A DNA stretch of 64,000 bases from Negaprion brevirostris (Eukaryota): contig JARDVH010000157.1 of assembly GCA_030324005.1 (NCBI GenBank), positions 22,766,208 through 22,830,207 of the forward strand, given 5' to 3'. Below, one piece after another: positions 1 to 14,169 of this stretch. The notes beneath the pieces were generated by a model. It was not told where the DNA came from. It did not search any database and was given only the letters and a program-made list of their open reading frames with translations. A program made the position numbers and the translations under genes. Position 1 is the stretch's first letter; the number at the start of each line of letters is the position of its first letter.

Positions 1-1429
1 AGATAACTAAGCACATGGAGAGGGTTTAGTAGTTTTTGACCCGTAAAAATCAAGATGGAAGGTATCATATCCAATTTAAAGAGAATTTTACCATTGGAAA
101 GCTTTTTGACTGAAAATGTTTTAGGAGAACCCTAGAGATTGCATGGTGTAGGTTGGTCAGCTCGGTGTCATTTTATTCACTGGCTGGTTGGTCAGCCAGC
201 TCATGTGGCTGGTGGATTGATATGTCTGATAAAGGTGCCTCTGAATTCAAGCACGCAAATGTGGAAAACACAATCACAGCATCTTAAGTGCTTTGCCCCT
301 TTTGGAATAATTTACCTGAATCCATACTTGTTATCCTATGTTGGTAAGTGAATACTGCATGATAAAGAGAACCCAGCTGGTTGTCAGATTAAATATGCTT
401 AAATGCCTGGAGATTTAGTTAAACATGGTAAACATGGTACATAAAAGCCCATGTGGATCATTGTCAGAGTGCTGTTGTGTCACATGAATTTTGTGCAAAA
501 TAAGGCTGTTTGTTGCAGATCACAGAAAATAGCTTCAGCATAGTTTTATTGTTTCTCCAGGTTCATCGACATGCTGAAAGTGTAGTTTTGATTTAATGTT
601 TATGAATGGAAATTCTGAAACAAAAGGCAAGAAATACAGAGTTGACTGGTGAACTACAGACAAATGGAAATGATTGATTTCTGCGATTAGTCTGTCAGCG
701 AAGAGCTGTACTTCGGGGAAGTGGACTGTAAACCAGAATGCTGTAATATTTTTAATTATTATTCTTAAGTATATGTGCGTGAAAGTGGATTTCCACCAAT
801 TAAGAAACATAATAGTAACGTTGTGTAACTGGATACCACCATAAGAAGGCTTATTTTGGCAAACTGTTCCATGTGTATGGGTTGAAAAGCTTGCATCTGA
901 ATATAGCAACGGCTAGAACTGCTTGTTTGGCTTCTCAGGGCCAGTTTGAACTGGAAATATCCAGTTTGACTTGGCAACTGGCCATGTTACAGTGGTAATA
1001 TGAGCTTCACTTCCTTCTCTGGTGGAGTCCTTGTGGTGCGGGGGCTGGGGGGGAGGCATGTGACTGGCATGAGTCTGGTTAACCAAGAAGGGGGAGGGGT
1101 TACATTCTCAGCCAGTGGACTGCGAAGTGCCTGTCAATTAACTTGCAGATGTAGCTGCCGCCCCAAAGAAGTTGAGCAGACGTGCGGAAGAGTGGCTGAG
1201 TGCTCTGGAAATGACTTCAGAGATTAAATACCTTTATGAGGGATTTCCAACAGCTGTGCATGTTGCAACTTGGAAAAACCTTGCTTGTTATTTTTGAATT
1301 TTGAATTATTTTTGCATTTTCTTTATGTTTGGCTCAAAAGGGTTGCAAGTATACCATGTTAGGTACTTAGTGTAATTTATACAGTTTTAAGATCAGAGTT
1401 TGTGGCTTTTGGTGATGTATCAAACAATA

Positions 1430-1724
1430 TAGAATATCATAGAATACTACAGTGCAGAAAGAGGCCCTTCGGCCCATCGAGTCTGCTCCGACCACAATCC
1501 CACCCAGGACACTAAGGGGCAATTTTAGCATGGTCAATCAACCTAACCCGCACATCTTTGGATTGTGGGAGGAAACCGGAGCACCCGGACGAAATCCACG
1601 CAGACGTGAGGAGAATGTGCAAACTCCACATAGNNNNNNNNNACAGTGACCCGAGCCGGGAATCGAACCCAGGACCCTGGAGCTGTGAAGCAGCAGTGCT
1701 AACCACTGTGCTACTGTGCTGCCC
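1430..1724 (-). mobile_element. HE1-type shark tRNA-derived SINE with CR1-like tail
   Basis: The reverse strand reads GCACAGTGGTTAGCACTGCTGCTTCACAGCTCCAGGGTCCTGGGTTCGATTCC (Pol III A and B boxes), then the core CTCCGGTTTCCTCCCACA and the tail GGGCCGAAGGGCCTCTTTCTGCACTGTAG. Confidence 0.88.
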
Positions 1725-2379
1725 CTATAAATGTACCAGTATTTACTGATACATTTCTGTAGAATTAATTATGTTTAAATCCATTTATTAAATTGTATTT
1801 TCATTAGGGGGCTTCCTTTGTTACCCTCTTCCATAGATAAGCACCTGAAAAGGTCAACTGTGAGTCCCTATTGTACAATCGAATTGAATTATTTTTTCCT
1901 TTGTGCAAGTTGCTGCATTTTTAACCCACTACTGCACTTTTGCAAAATAAGTCATTTAGCCTTGATAGTTAAACTGTTAGATCTACAGGAACTTTTACAA
2001 TGCTGTGAAAAGTCTCCTGCCTGTTCTTGTTCTCACCCTCCACACACAGACATGCATATAGCGAAGATGCAGTGTTTTAGTATGGCATTAATTTGATTCC
2101 CTGAAAAATGCTTTACAGAGCCATTTAAAGTAATTGCATAATTTGCAGAAGGGTTCTGTTAACTCCCTACTAACTACCTTCCAGGATCATATTAACCTTG
2201 TATTCAACAAGGCTGGAAGTGTTCAGTGTGTTAGCAATTTTAAAGTCAACTACAAAGTCAATGATTAGCCATTAATAATATATATACCCCATTCATTCAT
2301 TTTCATAGTTTTTGCTTTCATAACGTCTGTGTAGAGTTGTCACGTTTCTCTTCATTTTGTTTCCTTTGTCTTGCATTTC

Positions 2380-2912
2380 TAGTTTGCCTCCCACGTTCTG
2401 CCCTCCATAAGCTTGACATCGTCCAAAATCTGCTGCCCATATCCTTAATCACGCAAAATCCCATTTACAGTTGCTTCTGTACTAGTTGATCAACACTGGC
2501 ACTCGGTTAAGCAATGTCCCAATTTTAAATTTTTCATCCTTGTTTTCACTTCCTTCCATTGCCTGCTCCTCCCTATCNNNNNNNTCTCCTCCAGCCCCAC
2601 AACTCTCCAAAATATCTTTGCACATCTAGTTCTGCTCGCTTGAGTGTCCTTGACTTTAATCACTCCACTGATGTTCATGCTTTCAGCTGCCTTGTTCCTA
2701 AGCTCTGGAATTACTTCCCTCAACCTCTCCAGTACCCTTCCAATCTTGCCTTTTTTAAAGACACACCTTAAGCGCCACTTCTTTGACCAAGCTTTTGGCC
2801 AAATGCCCTTAAATTTCTTTGTGGCTTGACATCAAATCTTGCTTCATAACACTGCTGTGAAGTGCCTTGTGATATCTCATTATGTTGTATGTGCTTGGCA
2901 AATACAAGTTGT
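2380..2912 (+). mobile_element. L2-clade LINE 3' end, decayed
   Basis: Remnants of ORF2 C-terminal motifs (HW.SVKQ..NFKFFILVF, APPY, AFSCLVPKLWN, FKTHLK..FDQAF) followed by a 3' tail. Confidence 0.75.
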
Positions 2913-3119
2913 CTTTTTCCTTTATCGTATGTATTTTTTGTTATTATTTGAACTTGCTCTTGCAACATAGAAAACCCAACTCCCATGCCGCCTTCAGCTG
3001 CTATCCTTTCATCTTCTGACCACATTATCCTACTCCCCATCATGATCTTCCAGAACACTTTGAATATTCTTTCTACACCAGTAAGGAAAAACAGTCCACA
3101 TTAGATATAATGAAAAGTT

Positions 3120-3925
3120 TTTGATTTGATTGATTATTATTATTACACGTATTAGCATACAGTGAAAAGTATTGTTTCTTGCGCACTATACACAAAAAAC
3201 ATACCATCCATAGAGAAGGAAAAGAGAGAGTGCAGAATGCAGTGAGACAGTCATAGGTAGGGTGTAGAGAAAAATCAACTTAATGCAAGGTAGGTCCATT
3301 CAAAAGTCTGACAGCANNNNNNNNNNNNNNNNNNNNNNNNNNNNNNNNNNNNNNNNNNNNNNNNNNNNNNNNNNNNNNNNNNNNNNNNNNNNNNNNNNNN
3401 NNNNNNNNNNNNNNNNAGAAGAAGCGGTTCATGAGTCGGTTGGTACATGACCTCAGACTTTTGTATCTTTTTCCCCGATGGAAGAAGGTGAAAGAGAGAA
3501 TGCATGAGGTCCTTAGTTATGTTGGCTGCTTTGCTGAGGCAACAAGAAGTGTAGACAGAGTCAATGGACGGGAGGCTGGTTTGTATGATGGATTGGGCTA
3601 CATTCAGGACCTTTTGTAGTTCCTTGCAGTCTTGGGCAGAGCAGGAATCATACCAAGCTGTGCTTTCTCTGGTGCATCTGTAAAAGTTGGTGAGAGTTGT
3701 GATTTCCAGCTAAATTTCCTTAATCTCCTGAGAAGGTAGTGGGGTTGGCGGGCTTTTGTAACTATAGTGTCAGCATGGGGGATCAGGACAAGTTGTTGAT
3801 GATCTGGACATCTAAAAACCTGAAGCTCTCAACCCTTTCTACTTCGTTCCCATTGATATAGACAGTGGCATGTCCTCCTCTAGGCTTCCTGAAGTCGATG
3901 ACAATGTCCTTCGTTTTGTTGACGA
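3120..3925 (-). mobile_element. Rex1/Babar-like LINE 3' fragment
   Basis: The minus strand encodes VNKTKDIVIDFRK and HSLFHLLPSG, typical of the Rex1/Babar ORF C-terminus, and ends in a short-repeat tail. Confidence 0.75.
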
Positions 3926-5439
3926 CAGAAATTGTTGACAACAAATTGTCAGTATCTTTAGAAGCTGTGTTCAGTTGTACAAGTATTAGAACTGAAAAAG
4001 TTCAGAAAGAAATAGTAACTGAAAATTCCTACACGTTTGTGAAAATTACCTCGTTTGCTTTCTTTAGTTAGCTTAAGAAAAATACTTTGTGGCAACTTGA
4101 AGTAAATTTGTACAATAACAAGAAAACTCTGCCATTTTCTTTTGTTCATAAACATTTACTCATTTTTACAGTATATTAAAATATTTTGTCTGCATGCACT
4201 ATTTATGTGGGTCAGTTCTGTTGTCACTAATTTTTCCATTATAAATTCCCATGCTCATGTGTAATGGAAATTGCCTATGTAAACTCATCATCTTGATTGC
4301 TCAGTTTGACTACTGTGCTGCACAGTCTGGCCATGACGACGATGATTTGTAGAATATCTTTTCAACAGCCATTTCTTCCCCTCTGTAATTTAAATTTTTG
4401 CCATCCAATTTTTTAAAACAATAAAAAATACTAATTTCACAATAACACAACAAACTTTCTCCATTCAGTTGTCCTTTGTGCCCTCTAAGGACTTCAATTA
4501 AGATTTTGCCTTAAGGATTCAGCCTCAGAGCTGTGAGCTGAATTATAATTTTGAAGCCTTCAGCATATGCAGTGTATCTCCATTGTTAGCCAGCTGTACT
4601 AGTGGATTTTTTTCTTGTCTTTAGAGTTTTTCATTGTTTTTGCTCACGCGTTTTTCATAATTACTTGAAGATTAACTCATGGACCAATTCCAAAAGTGGT
4701 ACTGGGATAAAATTCATTGTATTCCTTTTGGTCATGGCAAAGGGCAGAGTGAGGGAAATGATCAGAGCCTGGAAAAAAGATGAGAAGAAAGTCAGTTTCT
4801 CCTCAAGTAATGCTAATTTAATGTAAAATGAAGAATTTTGAAGCCTGCTAATTACTTCTCCTGTGTTTTCTTATATTAATGGTATTAATGGTTTCCACCT
4901 GTGACAAATTTGAGACGAGACAGGAGAGAGAAATCTGTAAATATAAATTTATATCATTTTGGTTTTATTTAAAGAAAGCATATTGAATTTTGAAAGCTTA
5001 AAGCACGATTATAGGAAATAGATGGGAGTGGAGAGTGAAGGAGGCTATCACCAAGACTGCCTACTTTCAAATCTGTTATTGCCCACATCAACCCATTTAT
5101 CCATTCAGACCCTCACTTGTGCCATTATTATATCTAGGCTTGTTTTATCCCAATGCTTGACTATAATTGCATATGAAGACATTATCTGAGGCACTGAGGG
5201 CGACTGTAGAATTGTTCAATTCAAAAATGTTGTAATTAAGTGTTTTTGAAAGTTGGTAAGATATGCGAATTGTGCTACCAACGTCTCACTTACCTCGCCC
5301 AGCTCCGTGGCATCTCCCTTGATTGTTGCCACCCTTGTCTATTCAGTTGTAGCCAGGATGTTTGCAGCAATGGTTTCTCTTTCCAATTTAGGCCATTAAC
5401 TCATGAATCTCCCAAAAATTAATTCTTGACCCTTCTTTA

Positions 5440-5725
5440 TCTGGGGTCATAATTTGAGGATGGGGGTAAACCTTTTAGGACTGAGCTGAGGAGCAATTTC
5501 TTCACCAAGAGAGTGGTGAACTGTTGAATTCATTACCACAGAAAATAGTTGAGGCCAAAACATTGTATGATTTCAAAAAGAAATTAGATAAAGCTATTGG
5601 GGCTAAAGGGATCAAGAGGTATGAGGGGAAAGTGGGATCAGGATATTGAATTTGATGACCAAAATGAATGGTGGAGCAGGCTCCGAAGAGCTGACTGGCT
5701 TAATCCTGTTTCTATTTTCTATGTA
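5440..5725 (+). mobile_element. CR1-like LINE 3' end
   Basis: FRTELRSNFFTKRVVN-type C-terminus plus the tail GGAGCAGGCT...CCTGTTTCTATTTTCTATGT. Confidence 0.8.
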
Positions 5726-7839
5726 ACCACCTCCTTGNNNNNNNNNNNNNNNNNNNNNNNNNNNNNNNNNNNNNNNNNNNNNNNNNNNNNNNNNNNNNNN
5801 NNNNNNNNNNNNNNNNNNNNNNNNNNNNNNNNNNNNNCTATGTAACCACCTCCTTGTTGACATCGTCCAAAGCCTTGAGGGTTAACATACACTTATAACC
5901 TGACCTCATCAAACACAGCATTTCCACCAACCTCCTCAATGCTTACACTTTATCCTGTCAAACTGAGTCTGATAGCCAGTCTTGTTGAGTCTGAGTACCC
6001 TGAACACTGGGACAATTCTGTGGTCATGTCACCAATGTCTTTCTGCTCAGCCACTATTTCAGGCTGAACAAAGACTGCTCACAACCTCTTATTATTTGAG
6101 CTGAGCCTCTGACCTCATCTTATTTGTCAAAAAGACAGCCACCAACCGCTCCTTGGCAATGCCGATAAGCCATCACCATTACACATAAGTCCTATTACTG
6201 CCAGAAACCCCAAAATTTTGCTTCCTATGACACCCAAGAACCTCACTTTTTAATACAGCCATACCCCTCACCTTTTGCATCCCTACTCCAGCGCTATATC
6301 CCACTTTTCCAAATCATATCACTCCACTTTATTTCTGTTCATCTCCTTTTTGTTACCAGCTTAATACATTTTAACTATCATTTTTCTATGGATCCTGAAA
6401 AGGCAACATTTAATAGTTAAATAAGCCTTCAATCAATATTTGCAATTTTCACCAAAATATGGACGTAATCACATAACTTGAATCTGAAGCTGCCGCAAAC
6501 ACTTTTGGAACTGCCTCATTCTCAAATCAGACACACGAAATATGGGAATCACAGGCTCTTATGAATCCAATTATACATGTGAAGGTGTCTATTTTATAGA
6601 GTTGTTGCTTACTAGATTCACTGCAGAAAGTATATTGTGTACAAGTGGATTACTAAGAAAGATCTTTACTTAAACATTCGCCAAAATCTTGCTGCCATTT
6701 ACATTGGGGAGATCTTGCAGTCCTGCCGATGGCGTACCCCACCGTGAGTTGTCTGGCAGCAAGGGGTGCGTTCAGTTGGAAACCCCATTAACCATAAGAT
6801 CTTGCCACCCACGAGCAGCGCACTGCCTCCTGCTGACACCACACATGTCATAAGAGGGAGAAAAGACCGCCAATTTTAAGAACCAAAATACTAAAGTTTA
6901 ATTCATTTGCTGCTCTAAGTAGCACACTATTTTCTTGCTTGTTCAATAATTGATCAAGATTTGTGGTAGGTCTCTACAGAAAAAACACAATACTTTCATT
7001 TTTGCACCATTTATAGGGTGACTGGAATCACAAATTTTATTGAAGAAACCTCCTTAATGTCAGACATTCAGTTGGAAATTTCAGCAGCAGCCATGAAATC
7101 AAGGGTGATAAGAGGGTAAAATGAGTGCCATCCATCTATAAATAGAACTCAATCCCAATATTTTGAATGATGTCATGAAGGCATGCATGTAAATAATGAA
7201 AAGGGTAAACAGTGGAGTCTGATAGTACACCAGCAGCGATCATATATGTACGGATGAGAAAAACTAATGAATGATGTGTTGTAGCACTGGTATGAGTGAG
7301 ACCAGTAGAAAACAGTGTCAATGAGGCTGCTGCAGAGGAGAGATGTAGACAAAGATAAAATGATAAATAGTGTCACGGTTAAGTTAAGGGTAGTAAGAAC
7401 CACAATTTTAGTCATGTTAACAGGAACATCGGGTAAAGATATGGAACAAAGAGGCAGCAGAGAAGTTGTAGAGAAGGTTTTGAATGTGCTGAAGTCTAAG
7501 TCCTTTGCATTTAGAATGCAAAGAAACTCCAAGAAGCTGGAACAAAAGAAAATAGGAAGAATAGAGAGCTCATTTTGCAAATTTGCAGCTTGTTCAGGTA
7601 CATGATCTAATGCTATGTTTTTGGTGTAATTTTATAGTGATTCAGAATTTTCCCTTCAGTTGAGAAATTAATTTCTACGAGATAAGTGCATATCATCTCA
7701 AATGTGAAGGTCTCCGTTTTACGTAAGCCCTGACTTACATAGTGTTTGACAGGGGATTTCTCCAGACATAACCACACCCAAACAATCCAGCTAATAAAAT
7801 TGCATTTTTGTTTTGTTTCAAAATTGTAATTGTCTGGGT

Positions 7840-8127
7840 ACCTAGATAGACTAATAGGACTGATGGTGGACAAGCCCCCAGGACCGGATGGAATGCATCC
7901 CAGGGTTCTGAAGGAAATGGCAGAGGTGATAGTGGATGCCTTAGTGATTATTNNNNNNNNNNNNNNNNNNNNNNNNNNNNNNNNNNNNNNNNNNNNNNNN
8001 NNNNNNNNNNNNNNNNNNNNNNNNNNNNNNNNNNNNNNNNNNNNNNNNNNNNGATCTTATTGAATGGCAGGGCAGGCTCGAAGGGCTAGATGGCCTACTC
8101 CTGCTCCTATTTCTTATGTTCTTATGT
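7840..8127 (+). mobile_element. CR1-like LINE, mostly collapsed into a 100-N gap
   Basis: DKPPGPDGMHPRVLKEMAEVIVDALVII (start of RT) lies before the gap; an intact 3' tail GGCTCGAAGGGCTAGATGGCCTACTCCTGCTCCTATTTCTTATGTTCTTATGT lies after it. Confidence 0.88.
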
Positions 8128-11100
8128 ACCTCAGGACTAAAATCTTCCAGCTAATTTGCATCGTTTATTGCAGTTGTAGAAATATCTCATTTTGACCAAG
8201 ATTTTGGACGTTTATCCTATTATCTCCTCCTATGGCTCTGTGTAAAAATTTTAATAAACACATTAGTGGATGCACCTTGGAACATTGTTAAAGGTGCTAT
8301 ATAAATGCAAGTTTTGTTGTTGAGGTCTAAAGTTATTACTGTCAACATTTTTCAAATAAATTAGATTAACTACATCTTCCCTAGTAAAAGAGGTAGTAGT
8401 AGTCCCTAATCTAGGTGCGCCATCAAGCTTGGGATTTGCTTTTGGTGCTGGTTATGTAATACTATATTCAAACCTTCCTTCAGGGACACCTGCAGCTATG
8501 TGCGTTGGTGTAGTAAATCTGTTCTTGACATAGTTTAGGAATGTTTACTGTACTTATAATGAGTCACAGGATTTTTATTCAAAAGTAGATATAATGACTT
8601 CCAAGAATTTTTCTCAAATAAGTATAGTGTCAGAAGTCATTGTAGACAATATCAAATTATTGTACTGAATATACACAGAAGCTGTTGGTCAACCCAATTA
8701 GCTTTCTATTTCTTTCTCTCATTTATTTGTCAAACTGTCCCTTAAATGCATTTGTTTGTATCTGTACTCAGGGTCAGTTATTTTTAGGTGCATTCCAAAG
8801 CATAATTTGTGCTTACTGTGAGGATGTGAAGAACTATCAGTTTGGGCAATCTAGACAAACTTCTTTGAACAAATTGCACAGTCAATTTTTAGGCTTGCAC
8901 TGTTTGGGCAAAATGCGTCCCCCAGGAGGTCATAGATTAAAATTTGAATGCAATAGGCCAAACTTTGCTGGAACTGCACATCTTACGGCATGCACCGTTA
9001 CCTGGTCTTTTATTTGCACTCTTCAGCTCGAATATAATTTGATGCAAAGCTTTCTGAAGTTACTTCTGATAAATGTTTGTTCTGTGAATGTTACACCTGA
9101 CTATATTGTTGCAATGATGACTATACTTCGAAAGTACTTCATTGCCTCTAAAACACTCTTGAGACATCCTGAGGTCATGAAAGGCACTACAGAATATAGA
9201 AATACTAAATTTTAGTGCACAAAATCGGGCACTGTAAAACTGTACAGAGTTCTTACCGTTCATTGCTTTGATGTTTAATGGACGTCTTCAGGGTCAACCC
9301 CACCATTTCTTTCTTTTATTTTGGACAAGTATAATTTTGAGCAAATTCAGTTTTATGGACTGTTACTTAATGAAAATAATCTGCTGGAACTGCCTTTTGA
9401 AAGATCCACAAATTATTAATGTTATATGTGTGACACTAAAGAAAGTTGTACCCCTGGACTAACAAATCTATATGGAAAAGAACAAATAAATTCATAGAAA
9501 TCTTAGAGTGCAAAAGGAGGCCATTCAGCCCCTTGGATTTCACCCACCCTATGTTAATTAATTTTTTTAAAGGCTTGATCTCTCAATTGTAGTGTTGAGT
9601 GGAGGAAGACTGATTTAGTGTATTTGTAAAATGTTTTTACAATGTGTGCATAATACATATGAGAATACACTGAGAATCGTTAATTCAATTGGAAGTTAAT
9701 TTTACAAAATAGCTTTTCCTTTCCAAATACACTAGACTAAACAATGCTTTTTGCTGAGCACTATAGACATGCCACCACTTAGATTCTGTTTAAATATTGT
9801 GGTGCAGAAAATGAGTGCAGCTTATAATACAGGTCAGTGTCTTTCCAAACACATTCAGCTGCATGAACAGTTGTGTTAAACTGTGCTAATAATAGCTAGT
9901 ATACGGGAGTTCCTTTCAGTGTTTCTTCGGTTAAGGGAGTAAATCCGATTTACAGTGTTTTTGTAGCTGTCCTCAGTTAGTGTGGGACGTGGTTGACTTA
10001 CGTAACTGACTCAATAGGCACAACTAATACCAGGTGCTTATCAGCTTATGCCTTTTCCAGTTAAAACATTTTTTGGGTTAATCCTTTGTGGCATTTTGAA
10101 TATCTGTAAGGGTGACTATGTTGCTAATATTAGTTTGGTAGAAATGTCAATTCCAGAGTTCTATTGAAAGTATTAAATACACCAATTAATAAAGAATGAA
10201 ATCTAATAACTTGTAGTTTATTTTTGAGAATCCTGCCCAGTGTTGCATCAGCTGTTTGCCCTTGTTAATACCGAGTTCAATTCCCACTGAGGTTTCTGAG
10301 TACAGTCTTTGTAACACTGACCCTGTGTTCATTATTTCATGACTCAGTACTATTTTCAGGTCTGCATGCATAATGTACTTCTTCCTCCTGTGAAGATAGT
10401 GCTTTGTTTGCGAATAGAGGCTATGGAATACAGATCAAAATCTTAATGTATAATCATCCAAATTAGATTTTACACAAACCACACATGGCTGCCAGTTGGA
10501 GGGTCAATTGAGAGTACGGAATTAAAAGTTGGCATTGTATCAACAAAAAGTGGATTTGTGTAGACCCCAAAATCATGTAGAATACAGGAATGCATATGTT
10601 AATTGTTTAGATAAATGCTTGGGAAAATGAAGTGAACTAAAAATTTAATTCACAAAACAGAGAAGCTGTTCTGTTGATGAATTGGTAGTCTTTAATTGAC
10701 AGACTGGCAGAGGAATGAATATAATTGTGATGTCTAATGTTTTATATGGTAGGTCTGATTGTGACTGAGGTTTTGAGCCATTATTGTCACTTCAAAAAGC
10801 AAATAAGTGAATATTTCTATAGCATATTGTAAAACAATGCAGCCGAACACTGAATATGCAAAAACATTCTGCTCAGAGGATAAGTTTCTAGCCTGTAAGC
10901 ACACTTGAGAAATTTTATTAAATATTTGTGGTCCCATAAACAGTCACTTAAAGATCCACAGAATAAAACCAGCCCTAACATTTTTACAGAAGTAGATCTG
11001 TACTTATTGAGGGGATTGGTTGTGAAATTATCAAAACCATCTCAGTTTCAAAGTGGACTGTCTAAAATTTGTTGTTGGACTCTTCCCTGTTTCTCCAACT

Positions 11101-11364
11101 TGCTTGATTGTACAGGCATCAAAGACAATATTTTATATATATGTGTAGTGTGACTATATAAAATATATGTGTGCATGTGACTATATTTCAAATGTGGTTA
11201 ATTGGTTATCACGTGCTTTGGAACATCTTGAGCTTGTGAAAGGCACTTTATAAATGTAAATTTGTACTTATTGGACTGAAATTGGTATTCACTGAAATCA
11301 AACTTTATTGGAAGATTGATTATATGTGCATAATTCACTGTCTGGTGAAATTTCTTGACTTCTG

Positions 11365-12480
11365 GAAAAAAAGACAAAATCCTGGAATTATTCAAGTCAA
11401 GCTGCATCTGTGGGAAGGGAAATAAAGCTAACATTTCAGTTCACTGACTTATCACCAGAACTGACAAAGTTCAAAATGACATAGGTTTGAGCCAAATATA
11501 AAAGCAAGAAAAGGGAGGGAAGGGTAGATCAAACAAGAGGGAAGGCCTGTGAAATGGTGGAAGGTAGAATTATAGAAATCAATAGAAAGCCTACAGTGCA
11601 GAAGGAGGTTATTTGACCCATCAATCCCATCCAGGCCCTATCCCTGTGACTTAATGTATTTACTCTGCTGGTTCCCCCAACACCAAGAGACAATTTAGCA
11701 TGGTCAATCAACCTAACCGACACACCTTTGGAGTAGGAGTGATTAAATAACAAAAGAAATGATGGTGCAAGGCAAAAGGGACAAAGATAGAAACAGAAGA
11801 TGGCTCTAAAGGAGATGTGAATGGGAATATTGGAAACATTGCCAGAAATTGCTGTCTGAGAAAATGGGGACAGCAGTTGAATTGTCTGAAATTGTTGAAC
11901 TGGTTGTTGAGCCTGGACGGCTGTAAACGGCCTAACTGAAAGGTGATTCACTGTTTCTTGATTTTTTTCCATTGAGGTCAGATTGGAGCAAAAAACTAAA
12001 ATGACAGGCCCATGGTCATGGTCATGGTCATGGTCATGCTTGTGAACAGAACAGGATTGCCCCACAAAATGATCACTCAACTTGTCTAGTAAAGAGACTA
12101 CTTCATGAGAAATGGAATACAGTATAATAAATGGAAAGAAATCCAAATAAATTGCTGTTTAACCTGGAAGGAGTCGTTTGAGACCCTGGATAGTGGGAAA
12201 GGAGAGGTGAAAGGACAGCTGTTGTATCTTCTGCAATTATATTGGGGAAGGTGTTGTGGGAAGGAAGGGTATATTCGTCATAAATGAGGAGTGGCGGAAC
12301 AGGGTATCAAGTAAGGAATGGTTATTTTGGAATGCTGAAAATGGAAGCATGGGCTTGTTGCACTATTGGAGATAACAAAGGATGGACCTTCGAATGTAAT
12401 GGGCTGGCGGAGTGGCAGGTGAAGGCAAGGGAGACCGTACCATGGTTCTAGGAAGGGAAGGTGTTGAGAATTAAAATGAT
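11365..12480 (-). mobile_element. Decayed Penelope-like element 3' portion, with a nested partial HE1-type SINE (~11570-11730)
   Basis: 11885-11945 resembles the reverse complement of 28840-28900, and 11370-11465 resembles the terminal region of the + strand Penelope copy. Confidence 0.6.
12011..12040. repeat. (CATGGT)4-5 hexamer repeat
   Basis: CATGGT x4 followed by CATGCT. Confidence 0.9.
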
Positions 12481-12964
12481 GAACATTAGAAAAATTATGG
12501 AGTGATATTCATGTGTGTTATTATGAGTCTGATTTTTCAAAAAAAAAATGATACTTCAGGCAACCCTCACAAGGCTGTGAACTTCAAGGCACAACTTAGT
12601 ATATGACAGTTGTGATGGTAATACCCTGAAAAATGTCATCTTGACTTTGCCTTCCTAATCTAAAGACATTCTTGCAATCGGATTGGGCAGAAGTCACGCT
12701 CGGTCATTTTTTTAGGCCGCCTGTAGGGTGGGCTGGGTGGTCAGCTTCATGCCAACTTTGTTTCTGGGGAAGGGAGGGTTAATATTCAGGCTCCTTCTCT
12801 CTTTGACTTGTCTCTCTCACTCAGTCTTTCTCTTGCTCTCCCTTTTGTGTATCTCTCAATAATTATAAGGGCTGCTCTACCACAAGTGTTGAAGAGGATT
12901 CATAGGACACCTTTGCATCCTCCCTCCCCAATCAGTGCTTGTTGTTTACATGCCCTTTATTCGT

Positions 12965-13345
12965 AATCATAGAACCATACAGTGCAGAAGAGGCCCTTCA
13001 GCCCATCGAGTTGGCACCAGCACATTAGAAACACCTGAAATCCCATCAGTCAGCACTTAGCCCATAACTTGAATGTTATGATGTGCCAAGTGCTCATCCA
13101 AAAGCTTTCTAAAGGATGTGAGGCAACCCAATTCTACCACCCTTCCAGACAGTGCATTCCAGACTGTCATCACCCTCTGGATAAAAAAGTTTTCTCTCAC
13201 ATTCCCCTTAAACCTTCTGCCCCCTCACTGAGAATCTATGCCCCCTTGTGTCTGACCCTTCAACTAAGGGGAACAGCTGCTGCTTTTCCACTCTGTCCAT
13301 GTCCCTTGTAATCTTGTACACTTCAATCAGGAAGCACCTCAGTCT
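12965..13345 (-). mobile_element. CR1-like LINE 3' fragment
   Basis: Reverse-complement tail CATAGAACCATACAGTGCAGAAGAGGCCCTTCAGCCC, plus FFIQRVMTVWNAL on the minus strand. Confidence 0.78.
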
Positions 13346-14169
13346 TTGCCTCATGCCCTTTTGCCCTGCCTCAGGGAGCTGCTGGTTTATTTTATTGGTT
13401 AATTAAGGGCCTCAATTGTAGTGCATGTGGGTGGACCACCTTAGACTTTGTCTGTCCCCTGTAAAATTGCAGTCAGATCAGGGACCAGTGGGAAGGTCGC
13501 CCAGAGAATATTATGGCTGCCCCTCTNNNNNNNNNNNNNNNNNNNNNNNNNNNNNNNNNNNNNNNNNNNNNNNNNNNNNNNNNNNNNNNNNNNNNNNNNN
13601 NNNNNNNNNNNNNNNNNNNNNNNNNNCAATCACACCAGCTGGTGACAGTAAAATTCTGCCTAGTGTATTTTTTATATCCTGGAACAGCATATCTTTAAAA
13701 CTAATTTTCAATTCATATATTTCATAGAAATATATATGCAATAAATATAAAATATTTGTTTTGACCATGTTTACAGGCAGTTGGTTTTGAAGTTCATTAT
13801 TCTTGATCCCCTGCTTTACCAAATTTGCATGTTTAAAACATTTGAATTACTCTGGGACAAATGCAAAGTGGTGGAACCTCATAGAATTTGCAAAATGGGA
13901 AAAGCTGCCCTTTGAATCATCAACTAGGGACTTTCATCTTCATGTAGACTTAGGCAAACCAAATTGGCAAAAGTTACTTGGGTCAGTTGAAGGAATGCAT
14001 TTGAGATCTTTGAACAAATGCTGAGGAACCAATTAGGGAGTGGTTTATTTTAGATTTAGTATTACGTAATGAAATACTGTTAATTTGTAGTCTTATAGTA
14101 AACTTTCTGTTGGGGAAATCTGATCATACGTTAAAATTTCATATCAAGTTTGAGAGTGATATGATTAAC

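Noticed and set aside
5719-5856. 19-bp direct repeat CTATGTAACCACCTCCTTG flanking a gap (similar cases around the gaps at 59142-59241 and 32494-32593)
   Set aside because: Could mimic a target-site duplication, but identical flanks across several placeholder gaps point to unmerged contig overlaps.
8685-9215. 176-aa intronic ORF
   Set aside because: No motif or coding-like composition, and its 3' end overlaps a Deu-SINE-like tail.
11529-12146. 205-aa ORF with a HDHDHDHDH tract resembling a metal-binding protein
   Set aside because: The tract is a (CATGGT)n microsatellite, and the ORF runs through decayed Penelope and SINE sequence.
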